Below, in pieces: positions 1 to 11,700 of a DNA stretch of 64,000 nt. Source of the stretch: the human T2T-CHM13v2.0 reference genome, Homo sapiens. Location: the NCBI RefSeq assembly GCF_009914755.1, contig NC_060938.1; one strand, given 5' to 3'. The stretch's first letter is position 1, and every line of letters begins with the position of its first letter. A program made the translations under genes and the position numbers. The notes under the pieces are model-generated. The model made no database searches. It saw only the letters and a list, made by a program, of their open reading frames with translations, and was not told the DNA's origin.

Positions 1-1365
1 ATTCTGAGATTCCTTCTGTCTAGTTTTTATGGGAAGATATTTCCCTTTTCACCGTAGGCGTCAAGGCGCTCCAAATGTCCACTTCCAGATACTACAAAAA
101 GAGTGTTTCAAACCTACTCTGTGAAAGGGAATATTCAACTCTGTGACTTGAATGCACATATCACAAGGAAGTTTCTGAGAATGCTTCTGTCGAGATTTTA
201 TATGAAGATATTCCCGTTTCCAACGAAATCCTGAAATCTATCCAAATATCCCCTCGCAGATTCTACAAAAAGAGTGTTTCAAAACTGCTCTGTAAAAAGA
301 AAGGTTCAACTCTGTTAGTTGAGTACACACATCACAAACAAGTTTCACAGAATGCTTCTTTCTAGCTTGTAGGGGAAGATATTCCCTTTATCACCATGGG
401 CCTCAAACCGTCCGATAAGTCCACTTCCATATACTACAAAAAGAGCGTTTCAAACCTGCTCTATGAAAGGCAATGTTCAACTCTGTGACTTGAATGCAGA
501 CATCACAGAGCAGTTTCTGAGAATGCTTCTGTCTAGATTTTATAGGAAGATATTCCCGTTTCCAACGAAATCTTCACAGCTATCCAAATATCCACTTGCA
601 GATTCTACAAAAAGAGTGTATCAAAACTGCTCTGTCAAAAGGAAGGTTCTTCTCTGTTAGGTGAGTGCATACGTCATAAAGGAGTTTCTGAGAATGTTTC
701 TGTCTAGTGGTTATGGGAAGATATTTGCTTTTTCACCGTAGGCCTCAGAGCGCTCCAAATATCCACTTGCACATACTACAAAAAGAGTGCTTCAAAGCTG
801 GTCTCTGAAACGGAATGTTCAACTCTATGAGTTGAATGCAAACATCACAAAGACGTTTCTGAGAATGCTTCTGTCTAGATTTGATACGAAGATATTCCCG
901 TTTTCAACAAAATCTTCAAATCTATCCAAATGTCCACTTGCAGATTCAACAAAAAGTGTTTTTCAGAACTGCTCTATCAAAAGAAAGATCCACCTCTGTT
1001 AGCTGAGTTCACACATCAAAAACAAGTTTATGAGAATGCTTCTGTCTAGTTTTTATTTGAAGATATTTCCTTTCTCACCATAGACCTGAAAGCTGTCCTA
1101 ATGTTCACTTCCAGATACTACAGAAAGAGTGTTTCAAAACTGCTGCACGAAAGGGAATGTTCAACTCTGCGACTTGAATGAACACATCACAAAGAAGTTT
1201 CTGAGGATGCTGCTGTCTACTTTTTATACGTAATCCCGTTTCCAAAGAAATCCTCCAATCTATCCAAATATCCACTTGCAGATTCCACAGAAAGACTGTT
1301 TCAAAACTGCTCTGTCAATAGAAAGGTTCAACTCTGTTAGCTGCGTGCATATATCCCAAAGAAGA
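1..1365 (-). repeat. First complete 8-mer HOR unit (monomers a-h, ~1364 bp)
   Basis: Eight distinguishable monomers occur in order: a (tttttatgggaag..caccgtaggcgtcaagg), b (gtcgagattttatatg..cctgaaatc), c (ctagcttgtagggg..catgggcc), d (ttttataggaag..cttcacagc), e (ctagtggttatggg), f (agatttgata..), g (tttatttgaag..gctgtcctaatg), h (gctgctgtctactttttatacgtaatcccg). Monomer a restarts at ~1366. Confidence 0.93.
212..228 (-). promoter_or_regulatory. CENP-B box (first example; recurs in monomers b, d, f, h, about every 340 bp, four per HOR)
   Basis: Seen: tcccgtttccaacgaaa, whose reverse complement TTTCGTTGGAAACGGGA matches the canonical 17-bp CENP-B box YTTCGTTGGAARCGGGA. Alternation with box-less monomers a, c, e, g is the established A/B dimer pattern of dimeric families. 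Confidence 0.97.
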
Positions 1366-2045
1366 TTCTGAGATTGCTTCTGTCTAGTTTTTATTTGAAG
1401 ATATTTCCCTTTTCACCGTAGGCGTCGAGGTGCTCCAAATGTCCACTTCCAGATACTACAAAAAGAGTGTTTCAAACCTACTCTGTGAAAGGGAATATTC
1501 AACTCTGTGACTTGAATGCACATATCACAAAGAAGTTTCTGAGAATGCTTCTGTCGAGATTTTATATGAAGATATTCCCGTTTCCAACGAAATCCTGAAA
1601 TCTATCAAAATATCCCCTCGCAGATTCTAAAAAAAGAGTGTTTCAAAACTGTTCTGTAAAAAGAGAGGTTCAACTCTGTTAGTTGAGTACACACATCACA
1701 AACAAGTTTCACAGAATGCTTCTTTCTAGCTTGTAGGGGAAGATATTTCCTTTATCACCATGGTCCTCAAACCGTCCGAAACGTCCACTTCCATATAGTA
1801 AAAAAAGAGTGTTTGAAACCTGCTCTATGAAAGGCAATGTTCAACTCTGTGACTTGAATGCACACATCACAAAGAAGTTTCTGAGGATGCTGCTGTCAAA
1901 TTTTTATACGTAATCCCGTTTCCAACGAAATCCTCCAAGCTATCCAAATATCCACTTGCAGATTCCACAGAAAGACTGTTTCAAAACTACTCTGCCAATA
2001 GAAAGGATCAACTCTGCTAGCTGCGCGCATATATCCCAAAGAAGA
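1366..2045 (-). repeat. 4-mer HOR structural variant (a-b-c/g-h; four monomers skipped)
   Basis: After monomer c (..atgaaaggcaatgttcaactctgtgacttgaatg) the sequence continues with the g tail and monomer h (cacacatcacaaagaagtttctgaggatgctgctgtc) at ~1861-1900. Monomer a restarts at ~2046, 680 bp after 1366. Confidence 0.88.
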
Positions 2046-3409
2046 TTCTGAGATTGCTTTTGTCTAGTTTTTATGGGAAGATATTTCCCTTTTCACCGTA
2101 GGTGTCAAGGCGCTCCAAATGTCCACTTCCAGATACTACAAAAAGAGTGTTTCAAACCTACTCTGTGAAAGGGAATATTCAACTCTGTGACTTGAGTGCA
2201 GATATCACAAAGAAGTTTCTGAGAATGCTTCTGTCGAGATTTTATATGAAGATATTCCCGTTTCCAACGAAATCCTGAAATCTATCCAAATATCCCCTCG
2301 CAGATTCTACAAAAAGAGTGTTTCAAAACTGCTCTGTAAAAAGAAATGTTCAACTCTGTTAGTTGAGTACACACATCACAAACAAGTTTCACAGAATGCT
2401 TCTTTCTAGCTTGTAGGGGAAGATATTCCCTTTATCACCATGGGCCTCAAACCGTCCGAAACGTCCACTTCCATATACTACAAAAAGAGCGTTTCAAACC
2501 TGCTCTATGAAAGGCAATGTTCAACTCTGTGACGTGAATGCAGACATCACAGAGCAGTTTCTGAGAATGCTTCTGTCTAGATTTCATAGGAAGATATTCC
2601 CGTTTCCAACGAAATCTTCACAGCTATCCAAATATCCACTTGCAGATTCTACAAAAAGAGTGTATCAAAAGTGCTCTGTCAAAAGGAAAGTTCTTCTCTG
2701 CTAGTTGAGTACATACGTCATAAAGAAGTTTCTGAGAATGTTTCTGTCTAGTGGTTATGGGAAGATATTTGCTTTTTCCCCGTAGGCCTCAGAGCGCTCC
2801 AAATGTCCACTTGCACATGCTACAAAAAGAGTGCTTCAAACCTGCTCTCTGAAAGGGAATGTTCAACTCTATGAGTTGAATGCAAACATCACAAAGACGT
2901 TTCTGAGAATGCTTCTGTCTAGATTTGATATGAAGATATTCCCGTTTCCAACGAAATCTTCAAATCTATCCAAATGTCCACTTGCAGATTCAACAAAAAG
3001 TGTTTTTCAGAACTGCTCTATCAAAAGAAAGATCCACCTCTCTTAGCTGAGTTCACACATCACAAACAAGTTTATGAGAATTCTTCTGTCTAGTTTTTAT
3101 TTGAAGATATTTCCTTTCTCAACATAGACCTGAAAGCTCTCCTAATGTTCACTTCCAGATACTACAGAAAGAGTGTTTCAAAACTGCTGTACGAAAGGGA
3201 ATGTTCAACTCTGTGACTTGAATGCACACATCACAAAGAAGTTTCTGAGGATGCTGCTGTCTACTTTTTATACGTAATCCCGTTTCCAACGAAATCCTCC
3301 AAGCTATCCAAATATCCACTTGCAGATTCCACAGAAAGACTGTTTCAAAACTGCTCTGTCAATAGAAAGTTTCAACTCTGTTAGCTGCGTGCATATATCA
3401 CAAAGAAGA

Positions 3410-5797
3410 TTCTGAGATTGCTTCTGTCTAGTTTTTATGGGAAGATATTTCCCTTTTCACCGTAGGCGACAAGGCGCTCCAAATGTCCACTTCCAGATAC
3501 TACAAAAAGAGTGTTTCAAACCTACTCTGTGAAAGGGAATATTCAACTCTGTGACTTGAATGCACATCTCACAAAGAAGTTTCTGAGAATGCTTCTGTCG
3601 AGATTTTATATGAAGATATTCCGGTTTCCAACGAAATCCTGAAATCTATCAAAATAACCCCACGCAGATTCTACAAAAAGAGTGTTTCAAAACTGCTCTG
3701 TAAAAAGAAAGCTTCAACTCTGTTAGTTGAGTACACACATCACAAACAAGTTTCACAGAATGCTTCTTTCTAGCTAGTAGGGGAAGATATTCCCTTTATC
3801 ACCATGGGCCTCAAACCGTCCGAATCGTCCACTTCCATGTACTACAAAAAGAGCGTTTCAAACCTGTTCTATGAAAGGCAATGTTCAACTCTGTGACTTG
3901 AATGCAGACATCACAGAGCAGTTTCTGAGAATGCTTCTGTCTAGATTTTATAGGAAGATATTCCCGTTTCCAACGAAAACCTGAAATCTATCCAAATAAC
4001 CCCTCGCAGATTCTACAAAAAGAGTGTTTCAAAACTGCTCTGTAAAAAGAAAGGTTCAACTCTGTTAGTTGAGTACACACATCACAAACAAGTTTCACAG
4101 AATGCTTCTTTCTGGCTTGTAGGGGAAGATACTTCGTTTATCACCATGGGCCTCAAACCGTCCGAAACGTCCACTTCCATATACTAAAAAAAGAGTGTTT
4201 GAAACCTCCTCTAAGAAAGGCAATGTTCAACACTGTGACTTGAATGCAGACATCACAGAGCTGTTTCTGAGAATGCTTCTGTCCAGAGTTTATAGGAAGA
4301 TATTCCCGTTTCCAGCGAAATCTTCACAGCTATCCAAATATCCACTTGCAGATACAAAAAAACAGTGTATCAAAAATGATCTGTCAAAAGGAAAGTTCTT
4401 CTCTGCTAGTTGAGTACATTCGTCATCAAGAAATTTCTGAGAATGTTTCTGTCTACTGGTTATGGGAAGATATTTGCTTTTTCCCCTTAGGCCTCAAAGC
4501 GCTCCAAATGTCAATTTGCACTTACTACAAAAAGAGTGCTTCAAAACTGCTCTCTGAAAGGGAATGTTCAACTCTATGAGTTGAATGCAAACATCACAAA
4601 GACGTTTCTGAGAATGCTTCTGTCAGATTTGATATGAAGATATTCCCGTTTCCAACGAAATCTTCACACCTATCCAAATATCCACTTGCAGATACTACAA
4701 AAAGTGTGTATCCAAAGTTCTCTGTCAAAAGGAAAGTTCTTCTCTGCTACTTGAGTACATACGTCATAAATAAGTTTCTGAGAATGTTTCTGTCTAGTGG
4801 TTATGGGAAGATATTTGCTTTTTCCCCGTAGGCCTCAAAGCGCTCCAAATGTCAACTTGCACATACTACAAAAAGAGTGCTTCAAAGCTGCTTTCTGAAA
4901 GGGAATGTTCAACTCTATGAGTTGAATGCAAACATCGCAAAGACGTTTCTGAGAATGATTCTGTCTAGATTTCATATGAAGATATTCCTGTTTCCAACGA
5001 AATCTTCACAGCTATCCAAATATTCACTTGCAGATACTACAAAAAGAGTGTATCAAAAATGCTCTGTCAAAAGGAAAGTTCTTCTCTGCTAGTTGAGTAC
5101 ATACGTCATAAAGAAGTTTCTGAGAATGTTTCTGTCTAGTGGTTATTGGAAGATATTTGCTTTTTCCCCGTAGGCCTCAGAGCGCTCCAAATGTCCACTT
5201 GCACATGCTACAAAAAGAGTGCTTCAAAGCTGCTCTCTGAAACGGAATGTTCAACACTATGAGTTGAATGCAAACATCACAAAGACGTTTCTGAGAATGC
5301 TTCTGTCTAGATTTGATATGAAGATATTCCCGTTTCCAACGAAATCTTCAAATCTATCCAAATGTCCACTTGCAGATTCAACAAAAAGTGTTTTTCAAAA
5401 CTGCTATATCAAAAGAAAGATCCACGTCTGTTAGCTGAGTTCACACATCACAAACAAGTTTATGAGAATGCTTCTGTCTAGTTTTTATTTGAAGATATTT
5501 CCTTACTCACGATAGACCTGAAAGCTGTCCTAATGTTCACTTCCAGATACTACAGAAAGAGTGTTTCAAAACTGCTGTACGAAAGGGAATGTTCAACTGT
5601 GTGTCTTGAATGCACACATCACAAGGAAGTTTCTGAGGATGCTGCTGTCTAATTTTTATACGTAATCCCGTTACCAACGAAATCCTCCAAGCTATCTAAA
5701 TATCCACTTGCAGATTCCACAGAAAGACTGTTTCAAAACTGCTCTGTCAATAGAAAGGTTCAACTCTGTTAGCTGCGTGCATATATCCCAAAGCAGA
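3410..5797 (-). repeat. 14-mer HOR structural variant (a b c d/b c d e f/d e f/d e f g h)
   Basis: The distance between successive monomer-a starts is ~2388 bp (14 monomers). Monomer c occurs twice (~3752, ~4095), monomer e three times (~4436, ~4777, ~5119), and three hybrid monomers join them. Confidence 0.86.
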
Positions 5798-8700
5798 TTC
5801 TGAGATTCCTTCTGTCTAGTTTTTATGGGAAGATATTTCCCTTTTCACCGTAGGCGTCGAGGCGCTCCAAATTTCCACTTCCAGATACTACAAAAAGAGT
5901 GTTTGAAACCTACTCTGTGAAAGGGAATATTCAACTCTGTGACTTGAATGCACATATCACAAAGAAGTTTCTGAGAATGCTTCTGTCGAGATTTTATATG
6001 AAGATATTCCCGTTTCCAACGAAATCCTGAAATCTATCCAAATATCCCCTCGCAGATTCTACAAAAAGAGTGTTTCAAAACTGCTCTGTAAAAAGAAAGG
6101 TTCAACTCTGTTAGTTGAGTACACACATCACAAACAAGTTTCACAGAATGCTTCTTTCTAGCTTGTAGGGGAAGATATTTCCTTTATCACCATGGTCCTC
6201 AAACCGTCCGAAACGTCCACTTCCATATACTAAAAAAAGAGTGTTTGAAACCTGCTCTATGAAAGGCAACGTTCAACTCTGTGACTTGAATGCAGACATC
6301 ACAGAGCAGTTTCAGAGAATGCTTCTGTATAGATTTTATAGGAAGATATTCCCGTTTCCAACGAAATCTTCACAGCTATCCAAATATCCACTTGCAGATT
6401 CTACAAAAAGAGTGTATCAAAAGTGCTCTGTCAAAAGGAAGGTTCTTCTCTGTTAGGTGAGTGCATACGTCATGAAGGAGTTTCTGAGAATGTTTCTGTC
6501 TAGTGGTTATGGGAAGATATTTGCTTTTTCACCGTAGGCCTCAGAGCGCTCCAAATATCCACTTGCACATACTACAAAAAGAGTGCTTCAAAGCTGCTCT
6601 CTGAAAGGGAATGTTCAACTCTATGAGTTGAATGCTAACATCACAAAGACGTTTCTGAGAATGCTTCTGTCTAGATTTGATATGAAGATATTCCCGTTTC
6701 CAAAGAAATCTTCAAATCTATCCAAATGTACACTTGCAGATTCAACAAAAAGTGTTTTTCAGAACTGCTCTATCAAAAGAAAGATCCACCTCTGTTAGCT
6801 GAATTCACACATCACAAACAAGTTTATGAGAATGCTTCTGTCTAGTTTTTATTTGAAGATATTTCCTTTCTCAACATAGACCTGAAGGCTGTCCTAATGT
6901 TCACTTCCAGATACTACAGAAAGAGTGTTTCAAAACTGCTGTACGAAAGGGAATGTTCAACTCTGTGACTTGAATGCACACATCACAAAGAAGTTTCTGA
7001 GGATGCTGCTGTCTACTTTTTATACGTAATCCCGTTTCCAACGAAATCCTCCAATCTAACCAAATATCCACTTGCAGATTCCACAGAAAGACTGTTTCAA
7101 AACTGCTCTGTCAATAGAAAGGTTCAACTCTGTTAGCTGCGTGCATATATCCCAAAGAAGATTCTGAGATTGCTTCTGTCTAGTTTTTATGGGAAGATGT
7201 TTCCCTTTTCACCGTAGGCGTCAAGGCGCTCCAAATGTATACTTCCAGATACTACAAAAGAGTGTTTCAAACCTACACTGTGAAAGGGAATATTCAACTC
7301 TGTGACTTGAATGCAGATATCACAAAGAAGTTTCTGAGAATGCTTCTGTCGAGATTTTATATGAAGATATTCCCGTTTCCAACGAAATCCTGAAATCTAT
7401 CCAAATATCCCCTCGCAGATTCTACAAAAAGAGTGTTTCAAAACTGCTCTGTAAAAAGAAAGGTTCAACTCTGTTAGTTGAGTACACACATCACAAACAA
7501 GTTTCACAGAATGCTTCTTTCTAGCTTGTAGGGGAAGATATTTCCTTTATCACCATGGTCCTCAAACCGTCCGAATCGTCCACTTCCATATACTAAAAAA
7601 AGAGTGTTTGAAACCTGCTCTATGAAAGGCAATGTTCAACTCTGTGACTTGAATGCAGACATCACAGAGCAGTTTCTGAGAATGCTTCTGTCCAGACTTT
7701 ATAGGAAGATATTCCCGTTTCCAACGAAATCTTCACAGCTATCCAAATATCCACTTGCAGATACTATAAAAAGTGTGTATCCAAAGTGCTCTGTCAAAAG
7801 GAAAGTTCTTCTCTGCTACTTGAGTACATACGTCATAAAGAAGTTTCTGAGAATGTTTCTGTCTAGTGGTTATGGGAAGATATTTGCTTTTTCCCCGTAG
7901 GCCTCAAAGCGCTCCAAATGTCAACTTGCACATACTACAAAAAGAGTGCTTCAAAGCTGCTCTCTGAAAGGGAATGTTCAACTCTATGAGTTGAATGCAA
8001 ACATCGCAAAGACGTTTCTGAGAATGCTTCTGTCTAGATTTCATATAAAGATATTCCTGTTTCCAACGAAATCTTCAAATCTATTCAAATGTCCACTTGC
8101 AGATTCAACAAAAAGTGTTTTTCAAAACTGCTGTTTCGAAAGAAAGATCCACCTGTTAGCTGAGTTCACACTTCACAAACAAGTTTATCAGAATGCTTCT
8201 GTCTAGTTTTTATTTGAAGATATATCCTTTCTCACCATAGACCTGAAAGCTCTCCTAATGCTCACTTCCAGATACTACAGAAAGAGTGTTTCAAAACTGC
8301 TGTACGAAAGGGAATGTTCAACTCTGTGACTTGAATGCACACATCACAAAGAAGTTTCTGAGGATGCTGCTGTCTACTTTTTATACGTAATCCCGTTTCC
8401 AACGAAATCCTCTAAGCTATCCAAATATCCACTTGCAGATTCCACAGAAAGACTGTTTCAAAACTGCTCTGTCAATAGAAAGGTTCAACTCTGTTAGCTG
8501 CGTGCATATATCCCAAAGAAGATTCTGAGATTGCTTCTGTCTAGTTTTTATGGGAAGATATTTTCCTTTTCACCATAGGCGTCACGGCGCTCCAAATGTC
8601 CACTTCCAGATACTACAAAAAGAGTGTTTCAAACCTACTATGTGAAAGGGAATATTCAACTCTGTGACTTGAATGCAGATATCACAAAGAAGTTTCTGAG

Positions 8701-11700
8701 AATGCTTTTGTCGAGATTTTATATGAAGATATTCCCGTTTCCAAAGAAATCCTGAAATCTATCCAAATATCCCCTCGCAGATTCTACAAAAAGAGTGTTT
8801 CAAAACTGCTCTGCAAAAAGAAAGGTTCAACTCTGTTAGTTGAGTACACACATCACAAACAAGTTTCACAGAATGCTTCTTTCTAGCTTGTAGGGGAAGA
8901 TATTTCCTCTATCACCATGGTCCTCAAACCGTCCGAAACGTCCACTTCCATATACTAAAAAAAGAGTGCTTGAAACCTGCTCTATGAAAGGCAATGTTCA
9001 ACTCTGTGACATGAATGCAAACATCACAGAGCAGTTTCTGAGAATGCTTCTGTCCGGACTTTATAGGAAGATATTCCCGATTCCAACGAAATCTTCACAG
9101 CTATCCAAATATCCACTTGCAGATACTACAAAAAGAGTGTATCAAAAATGCTCTGTCAAAAGGAAAGTTCTTCTCTGCTAATTGAGTACATACGTCATAA
9201 AGAAGTTTCTGAGAATGTTTCTGTCTAGTGGTTATGGGAGATATTTGCTTTTTCCCCGTAGGCCTCAGAGCGCTCCAAATATCCACTTGCACATACAACA
9301 AAAAGAGTGCTTCAAAGCTGCTCTCTGAAAGGGAATGTTCAACTCTATGAGTTGAATGCAAACATCACAAAGACGTTTCTGAGAATGCTTCTGTCTAGAT
9401 TTGATATGAAGATATTCCCGTTTCCAACGAAATCTTCAAATCTATCCAAATGTCCACTTGCAGATTCATCAAAAAGTGTTTTTCAGAACTGCTCTATCAA
9501 AAGAAAGATCCACCTCTGTTAGCTGAGTTCACACATCACAAACAAGTTTATGAGAATGCTTCTGTCTAGTTTTTATTTGAAGATATTTCCTTTCTCACCA
9601 TAGACCTGAAAGCTGTCCTAATGTTCACTTCCAGATACTACAGAAAGAGTGTTTCAAAACTGCTGTACGAAAGGGAATGTTCAACTCTGTGACTTGAATG
9701 CACACATCACAAAGAAGTTTCTGAGGATGCTGCTGTCTACTTTTTATACGTAATCCCGTTTCCAATGAAATCCTCCAAGCTATCTAAATATCCACTTGCA
9801 GATTCCACAGAAAGACTGTTTCAAAACTGCTCTGTCAATAGAAAGGCTCAACTCTGTTAGCTGCGTGCATATATCCCAAAGAAGATTCTGAGATTGCTTC
9901 TGTCTAGTTTTTATGGGAAGATATTTCCCTTTTCACCGTAGGCGTCAAAGCGCTCCAAATGTCCACTTCCAGATACTACAAAAAGAGTGTTTCAAACCTA
10001 CTCTGTGAAAGGGAATATTCAACTCTGTGATTTGAATGCAGATATCACAAAGAAGTTTCTGAGAATGCTTCTGTCGAGATTTTATATGAAGATATTCCCG
10101 TTCCCAACGAAATCCTGAAATCTATCCAAATATCCCCTCGCAGATTCTACAAAAAGAGTGTTTCAAAACTGCTCTGTAAAAAGAAAGGTTCAACTCTGTT
10201 AGTTGAGTACACACATCACAAACAAGTTTCACAGAATGCTTCTTTCTTGCTTCTAGGGGAAGATATTTCCTTTATCACCATGGGCCTCAAACCGTCCGAA
10301 ACGTCCACTTCCATATAGTAAAAAAAGAGTGTTTTAAACCTGCTCTATGAAAGGCAATGTTCAACTCTGTGACCTGAATGCAGACATCACAGAGCAGTTT
10401 CTGAGAATGCTTCTGTCTAGATTTTATAGGAAGATATTCCCGATTCCAACGAAATCTTCACAGCTATCCAAATATCCACATGCAGATATTACAAAAAGAG
10501 TGTATCCAAAAAGCTGTGTCAAAAGGAAAGTTCTTCTCTGCTAGTTGAGTACATACGTCATAAAGAAGTTTCTGAGAATGTTTCTGTCTAGTGGTTATGG
10601 GAAGATATTTGCTTTTTCCCCGTAGGCCTCAGAGCGCTCCAAATATCCACTTGCACATACAACAAAAAGAGTGCTTCAAAGCTGCTCTCTGAAAGGGAAT
10701 GTTCAACTCTATGAGTTGAATGCAAACATCACAAAGACGTTTCTGAGAATGCTTCTGTCTAGATTTGATATGAAGATATTCCCGTTTCCAACGAAATCTT
10801 CAAATCTATACAAATGTCCACTTGCAGATTCAACAAAGTGTTTTTCAAAACTGCTGTATCAAAAGAAAGATCCACCTGTGTTAGCTGAGTTCACACTTCA
10901 CAAACAAGTTTATCAGTATTCTTCTGTCTAATTTTTATTTGAAGATATATCCTTTCTCACTATAGACCTGAAAGCTCTCCTAATGTTCACTTCCAGATAC
11001 TACAGAAAGAGTGTTTCAAAACTACTGTACGAAAGGGAAAGTTCAACTCTGTGACTGGAATGCACACATCACAAGGAAGTTTCTGAGGATGCTGCTGTCT
11101 AATTTTTATACGTAATCCCGTTTCCAACGAAATCCTCCAAGCTATCCAAATATCCACTTGCAGATTCCACAGAAAGACTGTTTCAAAACTGCTCTGTCAA
11201 TAGAAAGGTTCAACTCTGTTAGCTGCGTGCATATATCCCAAAGAAGATTGTGAGATTGCTTCTGTCTAGTTTTTATGGGAAGATATTTCCCTTTTCACCG
11301 TAGGTGTCAAGGCGCTCCAAATGTCCACTTCCAGATACTACAAAAAGAGTGTTTCAAACCTACTCTGTGAAAGGCAATATTCAACTCTGTGACTTGAATG
11401 CAGATATCACAAAGAAGTTTCTGAGAATGATTCTGTCGAGATTTTATATGAAGATATTCCCGTTTCCAACGAAATCCTGAAATCTATCCAAATATCCCCT
11501 CGCAGATTCTACAAAAAGAGTGTTTCAAAACTGCTCTGTAAAAAGAAAGGTTCAACTCTGTTAGTTGAGTACACACATCACAAACAAGTTTCAAAGAATG
11601 CTTCTTTCTAGCTTACAGGGGAAGATATTCCCTTTATCACCATGGGCCTCAAACCGTCCGAAACGTCCACTTCCATATACTACAAAAAGAGCGTTTCAAA

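Larger units (their letters stand above)
1..11700 (-). repeat. Divergent/mosaic HOR domain with structural variants and indels
   Basis: Many private substitutions per unit. ORF spacings are irregular (e.g. 463 to 2507 = 2044 bp). Small deletions occur at ~4625, ~7260, ~8153, ~9239 and ~10836. Several CENP-B boxes are damaged. The right boundary is approximate. Confidence 0.9.
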
